Part shown: positions 9,961-19,955 of the stretch, one piece after another
How the letters are laid out: each line of letters begins with the position of its first letter
Numbering within the stretch: the stretch's first letter is position 1
From: Gammaproteobacteria bacterium
GTDB lineage: Bacteria; Pseudomonadota; Gammaproteobacteria; Eutrophobiales; Eutrophobiaceae
Length of the DNA: 64,000 bases
Assembly (NCBI GenBank): GCA_965221695.1
Contig: OZ244905.1
Span: forward strand, 2,080,001 to 2,144,000
Reading direction: 5' to 3'
Position numbers and translations under genes: made by a program
The notes under the pieces: model-generated
The model's input: only the letters and a program-made list of their open reading frames with translations
Told to the model about the DNA's origin: nothing
The model's database searches: none

Positions 9961-10371
9961 TTGTCACGCCCCGCCACCCTGCTGTGTTTCGACTTCGGCA
10001 CGAAACGAATCGGCGCGGCGGTGGGCCAGACGCTGACCGATACCGCAACACCGCTGGAAATCATCCCCGTGCGCAACAACCGCCCGGATTGGGACCGGAT
10101 CGGCGCGCTGATTGCCGAATGGCAACCCCAGGCGCTGGTCGTCGGCAACCCGTTGAACATTGACGGCAGCCGCCATCCGATCACCGATCGCGCCGATGCG
10201 TTTGCGCGCAAACTGCACGGGCGCTACCGCTTGCCGGTCAAGCGCGCCGATGAACGCCTGTCGACTGTCGAGGCCCACTCGCGGCAACAAAACGGTGATG
10301 CCGTTGATCATGTGGCTGCCCAGGTAATCCTGGAGGGCTGGCTGCGGGATGCCGGAGAAACCGGAAAATGA
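9961..10371 (+). CDS. yqgF: Pre-16S rRNA nuclease YqgF/RuvX
   Basis: FDFGTKRIGAAVG, DERLST, D..AA..IL. Confidence 0.93.
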   Translation: MSRPATLLCFDFGTKRIGAAVGQTLTDTATPLEIIPVRNNRPDWDRIGALIAEWQPQALVVGNPLNIDGSRHPITDRADAFARKLHGRYRLPVKRADERLSTVEAHSRQQNGDAVDHVAAQVILEGWLRDAGETGK

Positions 10372-10405
10372 TATACTGGCCGGCATACAGGATCAGATCC
10401 AGACT

Positions 10406-10915
10406 ATGCCGGCAAACAACCTCGATGTACAGCAACTGGTCCGGAACATGAAAACCGGTCTGGATCAGTATTTTCAGGATCACAACAGGACCAATCCATT
10501 ATTTGTCGGCATTCATACGGGCGGGGTCTGGATCGCCGAACAACTGCACAATCTGTACCGCTCCTCCCAGCCTCTCGGCAAACTCAATATTGCATTCTAT
10601 CGCGATGATTTCAGCCGTATCGGGCTGCACCCTCAGGTAACGCCTTCCAGCCTGCCCTTCGATGTGGATGCGCGTCACGTAATCCTGGTCGACGATGTGC
10701 TGTATACGGGCCGCACCGTGCGCGCGGCGATGAACGAATTATTCGATTACGGCAGGGCGGCGAGCATCTGCCTCGCGGTGCTGGTGGACCGCAGCGGCAG
10801 GGAACTGCCGATACAAGCGGATGTGTGCGGACAATACCTGGACATCGGGGCCGACCAGCAGGTCAAGCTCACCGGCCCGGAACCGCTTGCGCTGGAAATC
10901 ACGACAGCAGAATGA
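10406..10915 (+). CDS. pyrR: PyrR bifunctional regulator/UPRTase
   Basis: [35 protein letters not shown]. Confidence 0.93.
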   Translation: MPANNLDVQQLVRNMKTGLDQYFQDHNRTNPLFVGIHTGGVWIAEQLHNLYRSSQPLGKLNIAFYRDDFSRIGLHPQVTPSSLPFDVDARHVILVDDVLYTGRTVRAAMNELFDYGRAASICLAVLVDRSGRELPIQADVCGQYLDIGADQQVKLTGPEPLALEITTAE

Positions 10916-11892
10916 CGGGTCACTCCATTCAACTGGATCAGCACGGGCGGCTTCAACATTTCCTGACGACTGAAGGACTCAGCCGGCAGATCCTGACCAA
11001 TATCCTGGATTACGCAGAATCCTTCGCCAATGTCGGCGGGCGGGCGGTAAAGAAAGTGCCCCTGTTGCGCGGCAAAACTGTAGCCAACCTGTTTTTTGAA
11101 TCCAGCACCCGCACCCGCACGACGTTCGAACTGGCGGCCAAACGCCTGTCCGCCGACGTATTGAATATCAACATCGCCACGTCCGCGACCAACAAGGGCG
11201 AAACACTGCAGGATACCCTGCACACATTGGAAGCCATGCACTGCGACCTGTTCGTGGTACGTCACGGCAACAGCGGCGCCGCACATTTCATTGCCGGCCA
11301 GGTAGCGGACAATGTCCATGTGATCAACGCCGGCGATGGCCGCCATGCCCATCCGACCCAGGCGATGCTGGACATGTTCACCATCCGCCGGCATAAACCG
11401 GATTTCGAGACCCTGCGCATCGCGATTGTCGGCGATATCGCCCACTCACGGGTCGCGCGCTCGAAGATCCACGCGCTGAACACGCTCGGAGTCAGTGATA
11501 TCCGCGTCATTGCCCCAAAAACCCTGATACCGGTTGATATCGAGAGCCTGGGGGTACAGGTCTTCCATGACCTGGATGAAGGGCTGCGCGAGGTGGACGT
11601 GATCTCCATGTTGCGCTTGCAACGGGAACGCATCAACAACGCCGTGCTCCCCAGCGAGGAGGAATATTTCCAGTGCTACGGCCTGACCGAAGCGCGCCTC
11701 AGTGCTGCCGACCGCGACGTTATCGTGATGCATCCGGGCCCGATAAACCGCGGAATTGAAATCGATTCACAGGTCGCGGACGGGGACAGGTCGGTGATCC
11801 TGCAACAGGTCAGTCACGGCATCGCCATACGCATGGCAGTGATGGCCATGGTCATGGGCGTCGCCGGCGGCGCCGATAAGGGCGAAGACTGA
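10912..11892 (+). CDS. pyrB: Aspartate carbamoyltransferase catalytic subunit
   Basis: [30 protein letters not shown]. Confidence 0.96.
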   Translation: MTGHSIQLDQHGRLQHFLTTEGLSRQILTNILDYAESFANVGGRAVKKVPLLRGKTVANLFFESSTRTRTTFELAAKRLSADVLNINIATSATNKGETLQDTLHTLEAMHCDLFVVRHGNSGAAHFIAGQVADNVHVINAGDGRHAHPTQAMLDMFTIRRHKPDFETLRIAIVGDIAHSRVARSKIHALNTLGVSDIRVIAPKTLIPVDIESLGVQVFHDLDEGLREVDVISMLRLQRERINNAVLPSEEEYFQCYGLTEARLSAADRDVIVMHPGPINRGIEIDSQVADGDRSVILQQVSHGIAIRMAVMAMVMGVAGGADKGED

Positions 11893-13175
11893 TGCGTATC
11901 CTCATCCGAAACGGACGCCTGGTCTGCCCCGCGCAACAGCTTGACGAGCCGGGCGACTTGTACATCTCTGACGGCAGGATCGCCGCCGCTGGCAGACCTG
12001 TTGACGGTTTCAACGCCGACCTGGAGATCGCGCTGCAAGGCCAATTCGTGTGCCCGGGGATTGTGGACCTGAGCGTGCATGTACGCGAGCCGGGGTTTGA
12101 GCACAAGGCAACCATCGCCTCCGAAACAGAGGCCGCGGTACGCTCGGGGGTGACCAGCATGATCGTCCCGCCGGACACGCGCCCGGTCACGGATAACCCG
12201 TCTGTCGTCGAACTTGTTCACCGACGCCAAGCTGAGATCGGCAAGACCCGCATCTACCCGCTGGGCGCGCTGACCAAGGGATTGGACGGGCGCCAATTAA
12301 CCGAAGTGGCCGCCCTCAAGCAGGCCGGCTGCATCGGCTTGTCCAATGCCGACAACGCGATCATCGATACGGAAGTGTTGCGCCGCGCATTTGAATACGC
12401 GGCCGGTTTTGACCTGCCCGTGTTCATACACCCGGAAGACAGTTACCTGAAAAACGGGGGTGTGATGCACGAGGGAAAAATCAGCACGCGCCTGGGCTTG
12501 CCCGGTATCCCGGAAACCGCGGAGACGATAGCCATCAGCCGCGCCTTGTTATTGATCGAACAGACCGGGGTGCGCGCGCATTTTTGCCGCCTGTCCTGCG
12601 CGCGCAGCGTGGAACTCATCGGCGCCGCGAAACAACAGGGGCTGCCGGTCAGCGCCGATGCCGGCATCAGCTACCTGTACCTGACCGAGATGAATGTTGA
12701 CGGGTTCAATGCCCAGTGCCGCCTGTGGCCGCCGTTGCGCACCGACCGTGACCGCCAAGCGCTGCTGGACGGGCTGCGTTCCGGCGTCATTGATGCGGTC
12801 TGTTCGGACCACCAACCGCATGATGAAGACGCGAAGGCCGCGCCGTTCAGCAGCACCGAGCCGGGCGCATCGACGTTGGAAGCGCTGGCGCCGCTGATGT
12901 TCGCGATGACCGCGCGCGGTTTCAGCCTGGAACAAATCGTCGGCGCGCTGACCTGCCGCCCCGCCGCCATCGCAGGCATCGCAGGCACGGGCGCCGGCAC
13001 CCTGGCCGAGGGCGCGCCCGCCGACCTGTTTGTTTTCGATGAAGGCAAGCACTGGACCGTGAATGCCGAAAAGCTGGCAAGCGCCGGAAAAAACACGCCA
13101 TTCGACGGCTGGGAGATGGGCGGTAAGGTGATCCATACCTTCATCGACGGCAAGCCGGCATTTCACGATGAATAG
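11892..13175 (+). CDS. pyrC: Dihydroorotase-like protein (PyrC', probably the non-catalytic ATCase-associated form)
   Basis: Amidohydrolase fold with SDHQPH and KNTPF; the first His of the usual metal-binding HxH is replaced (DLSVH), as in pseudomonad PyrC'. Confidence 0.85.
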   Translation: MRILIRNGRLVCPAQQLDEPGDLYISDGRIAAAGRPVDGFNADLEIALQGQFVCPGIVDLSVHVREPGFEHKATIASETEAAVRSGVTSMIVPPDTRPVTDNPSVVELVHRRQAEIGKTRIYPLGALTKGLDGRQLTEVAALKQAGCIGLSNADNAIIDTEVLRRAFEYAAGFDLPVFIHPEDSYLKNGGVMHEGKISTRLGLPGIPETAETIAISRALLLIEQTGVRAHFCRLSCARSVELIGAAKQQGLPVSADAGISYLYLTEMNVDGFNAQCRLWPPLRTDRDRQALLDGLRSGVIDAVCSDHQPHDEDAKAAPFSSTEPGASTLEALAPLMFAMTARGFSLEQIVGALTCRPAAIAGIAGTGAGTLAEGAPADLFVFDEGKHWTVNAEKLASAGKNTPFDGWEMGGKVIHTFIDGKPAFHDE

Positions 13176-14103
13176 CCCGGCGCAGCATCCGCATACCCGT
13201 GAGACGGTTTTCGTCGAAGATGCGACGATCCTGCAACACCAGGCGTTGCCAGCAGACCAGTATCTGGTGCGTCTGGCTGCCGGCGCGACCGCCGCGCAAG
13301 CACAGCCGGGGAACTTCGTCCACCTGCGCTGCGATGAAGACCTGCCGATGCGCCGTCCGATGTCGATCATGCGCACCAATGCGGACGCCGGCTGGATCGA
13401 CATCCTGTACAAGGTCCATGGACTAGGCACGAAGAAGCTGGCCGGCTCGAAGGTAGATGATTGCATCAACCTGCTCGGACCCATCGGCAACCCGTTCAAA
13501 CTGGGCGATTACCTCAAGTTTCCGCTATTGATCGGCGGTGGGGTGGGCATTCCTCCGATGGTCTTCCTGGCCGAACACATGATGAAACAGACACCTTCGG
13601 TAAAGCCGTTCGTGATCATGGGCTCTGAGATCCCGTTTCCTTTCAACCCCAAACCATCGAAGATCATCGTCGATGGTATTCCCGGCGACGCGATTGCCTG
13701 CATGCCGCTGCTGGAAGACTGGGGCATCCCCTCCCGTCTCACCAGCAAACAGGGTTATGCCGGCTGTTACGACGGTTTCGTCACCGACCTGGCGCGTACC
13801 TGGCTGACAGCGCTCGGCGCGAAGCAGCGGCAACAGGTCGAGATATTCAGTTGCGGACCGACCCCGATGCTGCGCGCGGTCGCCGATCTGGCGCGCGAAT
13901 TTTCCCTGCCCTGCCAGGTTTCACTGGAGGAACACATGCCCTGCGCAGTAGGCGGCTGCGCCGGTTGCGCCACCCCCGTTTACCGTAACGGCAAGATGTC
14001 CATGCAAAGAGTGTGCGTGGACGGACCGGTGTTCGAAGCAGAGGAAGTATTTCCGAAAATGGTTACCAGCAACCAGAAAAGTGAAGAATTACAACCAATT
14101 TGA
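13168..14103 (+). CDS. pyrK: Dihydroorotate dehydrogenase electron-transfer subunit
   Basis: RRPMS flavin motif, GGGVGIPP, CGPTPM, 2Fe-2S motif CAVGGCAGC...C. Confidence 0.88.
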   Translation: MNSPAQHPHTRETVFVEDATILQHQALPADQYLVRLAAGATAAQAQPGNFVHLRCDEDLPMRRPMSIMRTNADAGWIDILYKVHGLGTKKLAGSKVDDCINLLGPIGNPFKLGDYLKFPLLIGGGVGIPPMVFLAEHMMKQTPSVKPFVIMGSEIPFPFNPKPSKIIVDGIPGDAIACMPLLEDWGIPSRLTSKQGYAGCYDGFVTDLARTWLTALGAKQRQQVEIFSCGPTPMLRAVADLAREFSLPCQVSLEEHMPCAVGGCAGCATPVYRNGKMSMQRVCVDGPVFEAEEVFPKMVTSNQKSEELQPI

Positions 14104-14207
14104 TGATCCATGTTTCCGCCAGATATTTTTTCCCCGATCTCGGATGAATATCGTATCTAATTGAAATATAATAACTTTAAGGATTTATGCGGGTTTTTTC
14201 TTAAAGT

Positions 14208-14223
14208 TGGCACGGAACCTGCA
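14208..14223 (+). promoter_or_regulatory. Sigma-54 (-24/-12) promoter of pqqA
   Basis: TGGCACG-GAAC-CTGCA; GG at 14209-10 and GC at 14221-22 exactly 10 nt apart; AT-rich tract upstream. Confidence 0.8.
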
Positions 14224-14278
14224 ATATATTTGGCAAAGATGTTTTAACCCATAATATCAACCAATCGGAGAGACTATA

Positions 14279-14353
14279 ATGAACTGGCAAACTCCTGAAT
14301 ACAGCGACATCCGCTTCGGTTTCGAAGTTACGATGTACATCAACAACAAGTAA
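14279..14353 (+). CDS. pqqA: PQQ precursor peptide PqqA (24 aa)
   Basis: MNWQTPEYSDIRFGFEVTMYINNK with the conserved E-x3-Y core; RBS GGAG; too short for the ORF track. Confidence 0.95.
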   Translation: MNWQTPEYSDIRFGFEVTMYINNK

Positions 14354-14372
14354 TTCCAATATTACATGTTGT

Positions 14373-14403
14373 ATAAAAAAGGGTCACTACGACCCTTTTT
14401 TAT
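14373..14403. terminator. Bidirectional Rho-independent terminator
   Basis: ataaaaaagggtc-actac-gacccttttttat. Confidence 0.88.
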
Positions 14404-14428
14404 TGCCTGCAATTTGCCTCAGCAGCCC

Positions 14429-14515
14429 CGCCTCCGCCCCATTCCCGCGAAAGCGCCCCCCATCCCATTCCCACATAAGCGCCTCCGACCCATTCCCGCG
14501 AAAGCGGGAATCCAG
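14429..14515. repeat. REP-like element with tandem degenerate half-copies
   Basis: Three ~26-bp units cccattccc(g/a)c..aagcg, the last completing the palindrome attcccgcgaaagcgggaat. Confidence 0.7.
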
Positions 14516-14562
14516 TGAGACAAAGAGTCGCCCGAAGGACGACACCGTATTAAACTGGCCTG

Positions 14563-15249
14563 ATGAACAGCTTGAACAAAAACTTACAACAGGTGCGCCT
14601 GGAAATGTCGGCGGCGGAGCGGCAGTTCGGCCGGGAGCCTGGCAGTGTGAAATTGCTCGCGGTGAGCAAGACCCGGGCAGCCGATGATGTGCTCGCGCTG
14701 GCGCAGCTTGGGGTGACGGATTTCGGCGAGAACTACGTGCAGGAGGCGCTGGCCAAGATCGAACAGCTAAGCGGGTATTCGCTTACCTGGCATTTCATCG
14801 GCCCGATCCAGTCCAACAAGTGCCGGCAGATCGCAACGCATTTCGATTGGGTGCACTCGGTGGACCGTATCCGGGTTGCCGAGCGATTGAATGCGGCGCG
14901 CCCCCCGGAGCTGCCGCCGCTGAATATCTGCATACAGGTTAATGTGGATGCTGAACCCACGAAGTCAGGCGTCGCGCCGGATGAAGTGGAAGAACTCGCA
15001 GAACAGCTACGCCAATATCCGCGGCTGGCATTGAAGGGACTGATGGCATTGCCCGCGCCGGCAGACGATTTCAACACCCAGCGGCGCGCATTCAGGAAAC
15101 TGCGTAACCTGCACGAACAACTCATAACCAAGGGCTACCGCTTCGACACGTTGTCCATGGGCACAACCCATGACATGCAGGCCGCCATCGCCGAGGGAGC
15201 GACCATAATCCGGATCGGTACGGCGCTATTCGGACCCCGATCCTACTGA
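14563..15249 (+). CDS. yggS: PLP homeostasis protein YggS
   Basis: LLAVSKT, FGENYVQEA, WHFIGPIQSNK, LSMG, RIGTALFG. Confidence 0.95.
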   Translation: MNSLNKNLQQVRLEMSAAERQFGREPGSVKLLAVSKTRAADDVLALAQLGVTDFGENYVQEALAKIEQLSGYSLTWHFIGPIQSNKCRQIATHFDWVHSVDRIRVAERLNAARPPELPPLNICIQVNVDAEPTKSGVAPDEVEELAEQLRQYPRLALKGLMALPAPADDFNTQRRAFRKLRNLHEQLITKGYRFDTLSMGTTHDMQAAIAEGATIIRIGTALFGPRSY

Positions 15250-15277
15250 ACGGGACTATCCTGAAACTCCCAGGGTG

Positions 15278-15415
15278 AACCCGAAAATCTCATCACCAAT
15301 TCGCTTGTCAGGATAGATGTTTACTGTCAATGAGTCATGCTAATCTATCAACTATGCTGTCATTACACACCATGCTTGATGCGTTCATTGCATCAATAGG
15401 TGAGATTTTCGGGTT
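15278..15415. mobile_element. MITE-like family B, short inverted copy
   Basis: Ends aacccgaaaatctc / gagattttcgggtt; interior matches the reverse complement of the outer parts of 3187-3505. Confidence 0.78.
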
Positions 15416-15435
15416 AACTGCTATGATCCTATCCC

Positions 15436-16257
15436 ATGAAGGATGAAAAAATTACCTTTGTCGGTTGCGGCAACATGGGGATGAGCCTCATCAGCGGGCT
15501 TCTCGCGAATGGCCATCCTGCGTCGTCACTGGCCGGCATCGACCCGGATGAAACCCGGCGGCGCGAGCTGGCGCAACAGCACGCTATACGCGCCACGGCA
15601 ACGATAGCGGAAGGCGCACCCGGCGCAGACGTGCTGGTATTGGCCATAAAGCCGCAGATACTACCTGCCGCACTTGCCGAGATTAAATCCGCGCTGCATA
15701 GCGAACGCCCACTGGTCCTGTCCATCGCCGCCGGCGTGCGCAGCGAAACCATCAGCCGGGCGCTTGGCGACGCCTGCCCGGTAGTGCGCGCGATGCCCAA
15801 CACCCCTGCCCTGTTGGGCGCCGGCGCAACAGGCCTGTTCGCAGCAGCGGCTGTGAGCGCAGAACAACGCCGGCTGGCTATGCATATCATGCAGGCGGCT
15901 GGTGTTGCCGTGTGGTTGGACGATGAGGCGCTACTGGATGCCGTCACCGCAGTCTCGGGCAGTGGCCCTGCGTATTTTTTTCTGATCGTCGAGCTGCTGG
16001 AAAAAATAGGCGCTGAAATAGGCCTGTCTCCGCAACAGGCGCATTTGCTCAGCGTGGAAACTGCGCTGGGCGCGGCAAGAATGCTGAAGGAAACCGGCAC
16101 GGACGCGGCAACCCTGAGAAAGCGGGTCACATCCCCCGGCGGCACCACGGAGAGCGCATTGCAGGTATTTCAGGAAGGCGGGCTGGAGCCGTTGCTGCGG
16201 CGCGCGCTGACGGCATGCCGGGACCGTTCGGTGGAACTCGCACAACAGGCGGAGTGA
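15436..16257 (+). CDS. proC: Pyrroline-5-carboxylate reductase
   Basis: GCGNMG, RAMPNTP, SGSGPAY, VTSPGGTT. Confidence 0.96.
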   Translation: MKDEKITFVGCGNMGMSLISGLLANGHPASSLAGIDPDETRRRELAQQHAIRATATIAEGAPGADVLVLAIKPQILPAALAEIKSALHSERPLVLSIAAGVRSETISRALGDACPVVRAMPNTPALLGAGATGLFAAAAVSAEQRRLAMHIMQAAGVAVWLDDEALLDAVTAVSGSGPAYFFLIVELLEKIGAEIGLSPQQAHLLSVETALGAARMLKETGTDAATLRKRVTSPGGTTESALQVFQEGGLEPLLRRALTACRDRSVELAQQAE

Positions 16258-16260
16258 GAG

Positions 16261-16842
16261 ATGGAGAGTTCTTACCTGTCCGACGCCGTGCTGTACTTGA
16301 TCAATACGATCTTTTCCCTGTACATTTTGCTGGTGGCGCTGCGCTTTCTGCTGCAAATGGTCAGGGCCGACGCCCGCAGCCCCGTCTCGCAATTCCTGCT
16401 GGCGGCGACCAATCCACCGCTGCGCCCGTTGCGCCGCATCATTCCGGGATACGCCGGTGTTGACTGGTCGTGCATTATCCTTATGCTCGCGCTGCAGGCT
16501 ATTGAGCTGTTCCTGGTCTGCCTGATCGGTTTCGGTGTGTTCCTCGCGCTTCCCGGACTGATCCTGCTCAGCGCCGCCGAGCTGCTGAAACTGATCATCT
16601 ATATCTTCATGTTCGTGATTTTCGTACAGGTCATTCTCAGTTGGATCAGCCCGCGCACATACAACTCGGTAACGGCGCTCGTATACCAGTTGTCGGAACC
16701 CCTTTTGCAGCCTGCGCGCCGGTTATTGCCTGCGACCCACGGTATGGACTTCTCGCCGATACTGGTGTTTATTCTGTTGCAACTGTCATTGATGCTGCTG
16801 GTAAGGCCCCTGGCCGACCTGGGACGGGCCTTGGCCGTTTGA
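16261..16842 (+). CDS. yggT: YggT family membrane protein
   Basis: Two YGGT repeats (TNPPLRPLRRIIP; EPLLQPARRLLP..MDFSPI). Confidence 0.9.
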   Translation: MESSYLSDAVLYLINTIFSLYILLVALRFLLQMVRADARSPVSQFLLAATNPPLRPLRRIIPGYAGVDWSCIILMLALQAIELFLVCLIGFGVFLALPGLILLSAAELLKLIIYIFMFVIFVQVILSWISPRTYNSVTALVYQLSEPLLQPARRLLPATHGMDFSPILVFILLQLSLMLLVRPLADLGRALAV

Positions 16843-16991
16843 CCCGGCGCGGCCAGCGCATCCACTGGCGCAATATGCGGGTTCAAACCGTAGTTGCCAC
16901 ATCGGCACAGTGCGCGCAGGCTTCCACATCCCTGTTGCCAGTTTCGGGCCTGGTATAGTATTCTTGAACTTCCAGTAATAAGGAGCATCCG

Positions 16992-17435
16992 ATGTCCCGC
17001 ACTGCAACCGCTTTTATCGCATTTTTACTGATGGCAGCCGGCCTGGCCGCCAACGCAGAACAATCCAAGACCTTCGGTGATTACACCATCCACTATATCG
17101 CGTTTACCACGGACCTGTTATCGCCAGAGATAGCCCGCTTGTACAAAATCCGCCGCAGCAAGAACCGCGCCATCATCAATATCTCCGTGCTCAAAAAAGT
17201 GATGGGCACGACCGGTCAACCGGTCAAAGCACAGGTGGAAGCCACCGCGACGAATTTGAACCGGCAAATGAAAACCCTGAAAACCCGGGAGTTGAGCAGC
17301 AACGGCGCGCTCTACTATATCGCTGAAACGACCGTGAATAACGAAGAGACGCTCAATTTCGACCTGAATATTATCCCTGAAGGCGAGTCTGTCGCGCTGA
17401 GTTTCTCGTTTCAGCAGCAGTTTTTTACCGACTGA
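16992..17435 (+). CDS. DUF4426-like exported protein
   Basis: Signal peptide, FGDYTIHYIAF..L.PEIARLY.I.RSK, ALYYIA; usual neighbour of yggT. Confidence 0.75.
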   Translation: MSRTATAFIAFLLMAAGLAANAEQSKTFGDYTIHYIAFTTDLLSPEIARLYKIRRSKNRAIINISVLKKVMGTTGQPVKAQVEATATNLNRQMKTLKTRELSSNGALYYIAETTVNNEETLNFDLNIIPEGESVALSFSFQQQFFTD

Positions 17436-17555
17436 AGTCCCGACAGGGCCGGCGCGGCGACCGGCGCCTGGCTTAACACCGTGTCATCTGAGTAAGACTC
17501 CTGACCACATCTCAATGGGGGTGAAACCGCGACCGACGCCCGGTTCAACACCGGC

Positions 17556-18323
17556 TTATATATCGTATTCGATGGTCAGCGGGGCGTGATCCGAAAACCG
17601 CTGGTCCTTGTAGATGGAAACATCCTTGATGCTGTGCGCGAGGCCAGGCGTAACCACCTGGTAATCGATACGCCAACCCACGTTCTTTGCCCAAGACTGG
17701 CCGCGGTTTGACCACCAGGTATACTGTTCCGCCTCCTGGTTCACCACTCGGAACGCGTCGACCAAGCCCATCTCGCCGAAAATCTTGTCCATCCAGGCCC
17801 TTTCTTCGGGCAGGAAACCCGAATTTTTCTGATTGCTGCGCCAGTTCTTCAGGTCGATTTGCTTGTGGGCGATGTTCCAATCGCCGCAGATGATGAATTC
17901 TTTTCCCGATCGCAGGATGTCCGCCAACACCTGCTCGTAGCGCGCCAGGAAGTCATACTTGATGGCCTGGCGTTCGTCTCCTGACGTTCCGGACGGCATG
18001 TACAGGGACACGACGCTGACGTCGGGGTAATCCGCCTGCAGAAAACGGCCTTCCAAATCGGCCGTCTCCCAACCCAGGCGGCTGTCTACCCGGTCCGGTT
18101 CACGGCGGGAATACAGGGCAACGCCGCTGTATCCTTTTTTCTGCGCGCTGTTGAAATACCCGAAATACCCGTCCGGTTGCAGGACACTGTCGTCCAGTTG
18201 TTCGGTCATCGCCTTTATTTCCTGCAAACAGACGACATCGGCATCCTGTTGCAGCATCCAGTCAAGAAATCCCTTGTTACACGCGGAGCGGATGCCGTTG
18301 GCATTTAATGTAATTATCTTCAT
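17556..18323 (-). CDS. xth: Exodeoxyribonuclease III family (Xth/Crc-like)
   Basis: NANGIRS, CLQEIK, GDWNIAH, GWRIDY, SDHAP. Confidence 0.9.
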   Translation of the reverse strand: MKIITLNANGIRSACNKGFLDWMLQQDADVVCLQEIKAMTEQLDDSVLQPDGYFGYFNSAQKKGYSGVALYSRREPDRVDSRLGWETADLEGRFLQADYPDVSVVSLYMPSGTSGDERQAIKYDFLARYEQVLADILRSGKEFIICGDWNIAHKQIDLKNWRSNQKNSGFLPEERAWMDKIFGEMGLVDAFRVVNQEAEQYTWWSNRGQSWAKNVGWRIDYQVVTPGLAHSIKDVSIYKDQRFSDHAPLTIEYDI

Positions 18324-18393
18324 AGCTGGGGTATACTGAACGAAAATTCTCAAAAATCAATCGTATCTTCACAGTTTCCGCGGAGGGACTGAT

Positions 18394-19239
18394 ATGCCGA
18401 TCTTCGAGAACCCCGACCCTGACATCAAGTCGATGAAAGGGCTTCACTTGTACTATTACTTCATGTCCAACTGCGCCCAGCGACCCAGCCTCGCGCTGGA
18501 AGAAAAGGGGGTGGAGTGGACTCCTCATGCGGTAAACCTGTTCACCCAGGAAAACACGAAGGATGAATACTTCAGGATCAACCCCAAGGGGCTTGTGCCC
18601 GCGCTGGTGCACGACGGCCGGGTCGTCACCGAATCGATAGACATCCTGCGATATATCGAGGAGCAATTCCCGGAGCCCCCACTGTACCCGTCCGATCCGG
18701 ATCTGCGCCGGGAGGTGGACGAGTGGATCGATACCGCGACGGAAAGGCACCTGCCTGTGGTCAAGACCTACATGTATTCCACGGTGCTGGGCGCGTCGAA
18801 GAAACCCGAGATGATGGACCACTACCTGGAGAAACAGAAAGACCAGGAGCTGATCGACTTTCATCAGCAAACTCTGTCCGGATTCGATGAATCCAGGATC
18901 GCGCAAGCCGAACGCGACCTGTTTGCGTTCTACGACGACATTGAAAAAGCGCTCAGCCGGCATGAATGGCTGGTCGGCGACACCTTCAGCTATGCCGACA
19001 TCACCTGGTTCGTCACGTATTTCATGAACCGGCGCGTCGGCGCGGTCGATTTCCGGAATTACCCCAATATTCGCAACTGGGGCGATCGCATCAAACAACG
19101 GCCTTCTTTCAAGGGAGGCATAGCCCGGCTGCAGCCCTGGTATGCGCCACTTGTCTGCCTGATGTTGCGCGCCAAATCACGCATACAGCGCGGCGGGCCG
19201 GCGCCGGCGCGCCCGCGGGCGATCGCGCACAGCCCTTGA
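18394..19239 (+). CDS. Glutathione S-transferase family protein
   Basis: SNCAQR, INPKGLVPAL, ESIDILRY, GDTFSYADI. Confidence 0.88.
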   Translation: MPIFENPDPDIKSMKGLHLYYYFMSNCAQRPSLALEEKGVEWTPHAVNLFTQENTKDEYFRINPKGLVPALVHDGRVVTESIDILRYIEEQFPEPPLYPSDPDLRREVDEWIDTATERHLPVVKTYMYSTVLGASKKPEMMDHYLEKQKDQELIDFHQQTLSGFDESRIAQAERDLFAFYDDIEKALSRHEWLVGDTFSYADITWFVTYFMNRRVGAVDFRNYPNIRNWGDRIKQRPSFKGGIARLQPWYAPLVCLMLRAKSRIQRGGPAPARPRAIAHSP

Positions 19240-19249
19240 CGGGGAAACG

Positions 19250-19915
19250 GTGGAACACCACAAAGCCGCATTCATCGAGTTCGCAATCCGCAACAACGTA
19301 CTGCAATTCGGCGAATTTACGCTCAAGTCCGGACGCACCAGCCCTTATTTTTTCAACAGCGGCCTGTTTAACGACGGCAACAGCATCGGCCAACTGGGAA
19401 CCTTCTATCTGCAGGCCATTGAGCATGCCGGCCTGCAATTTGACATGTTGTTCGGGCCGGCGTACAAAGGCATCCCGTTGGTCACCGCGGTTGCCATTGC
19501 CTACGCACGCGAGCAGGGACGTTCATTGCCGTACAGTTTCAACCGCAAGGAGGAAAAGGACCACGGCGAAGGCGGCGTGGTTGCCGGCGCGCCGCTGCAA
19601 GGCGCGACACTGATTATCGACGATGTCATTACTGCCGGCACATCGGTCCATTATTCCATCGACCTGATCCGTCGCCATGGCGCCCGGCCCGCGGCCGTGG
19701 TCATCGCACTGGACCGCCAGGAACGGGGACTCGGCGATACGGGCAGCTCCGCCATCGAAGAGATAGAGAGTGATTACGGGGTGCCGGTGGTCCCGATTGT
19801 CTCGCTCGATGACCTGGCGCTATTCCTGGGCAAAGACCCGGCGTATTCAGGGCCGTACAACGATATCCTGAAATACCGGGCGGAATACGGGATCCGGAAC
19901 CGGCCTGAGGATTAA
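19250..19915 (+). CDS. pyrE: Orotate phosphoribosyltransferase
   Basis: FTLKSGRTSPYFFN, FGPAYKGIP, RKEEKDHGEGG, IDDVITAGT. Confidence 0.96.
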   Translation: MEHHKAAFIEFAIRNNVLQFGEFTLKSGRTSPYFFNSGLFNDGNSIGQLGTFYLQAIEHAGLQFDMLFGPAYKGIPLVTAVAIAYAREQGRSLPYSFNRKEEKDHGEGGVVAGAPLQGATLIIDDVITAGTSVHYSIDLIRRHGARPAAVVIALDRQERGLGDTGSSAIEEIESDYGVPVVPIVSLDDLALFLGKDPAYSGPYNDILKYRAEYGIRNRPED

Positions 19916-19955
19916 GCGGGGTCAGCGTTGACCCTGTGGCATTACCTGGATTTCA

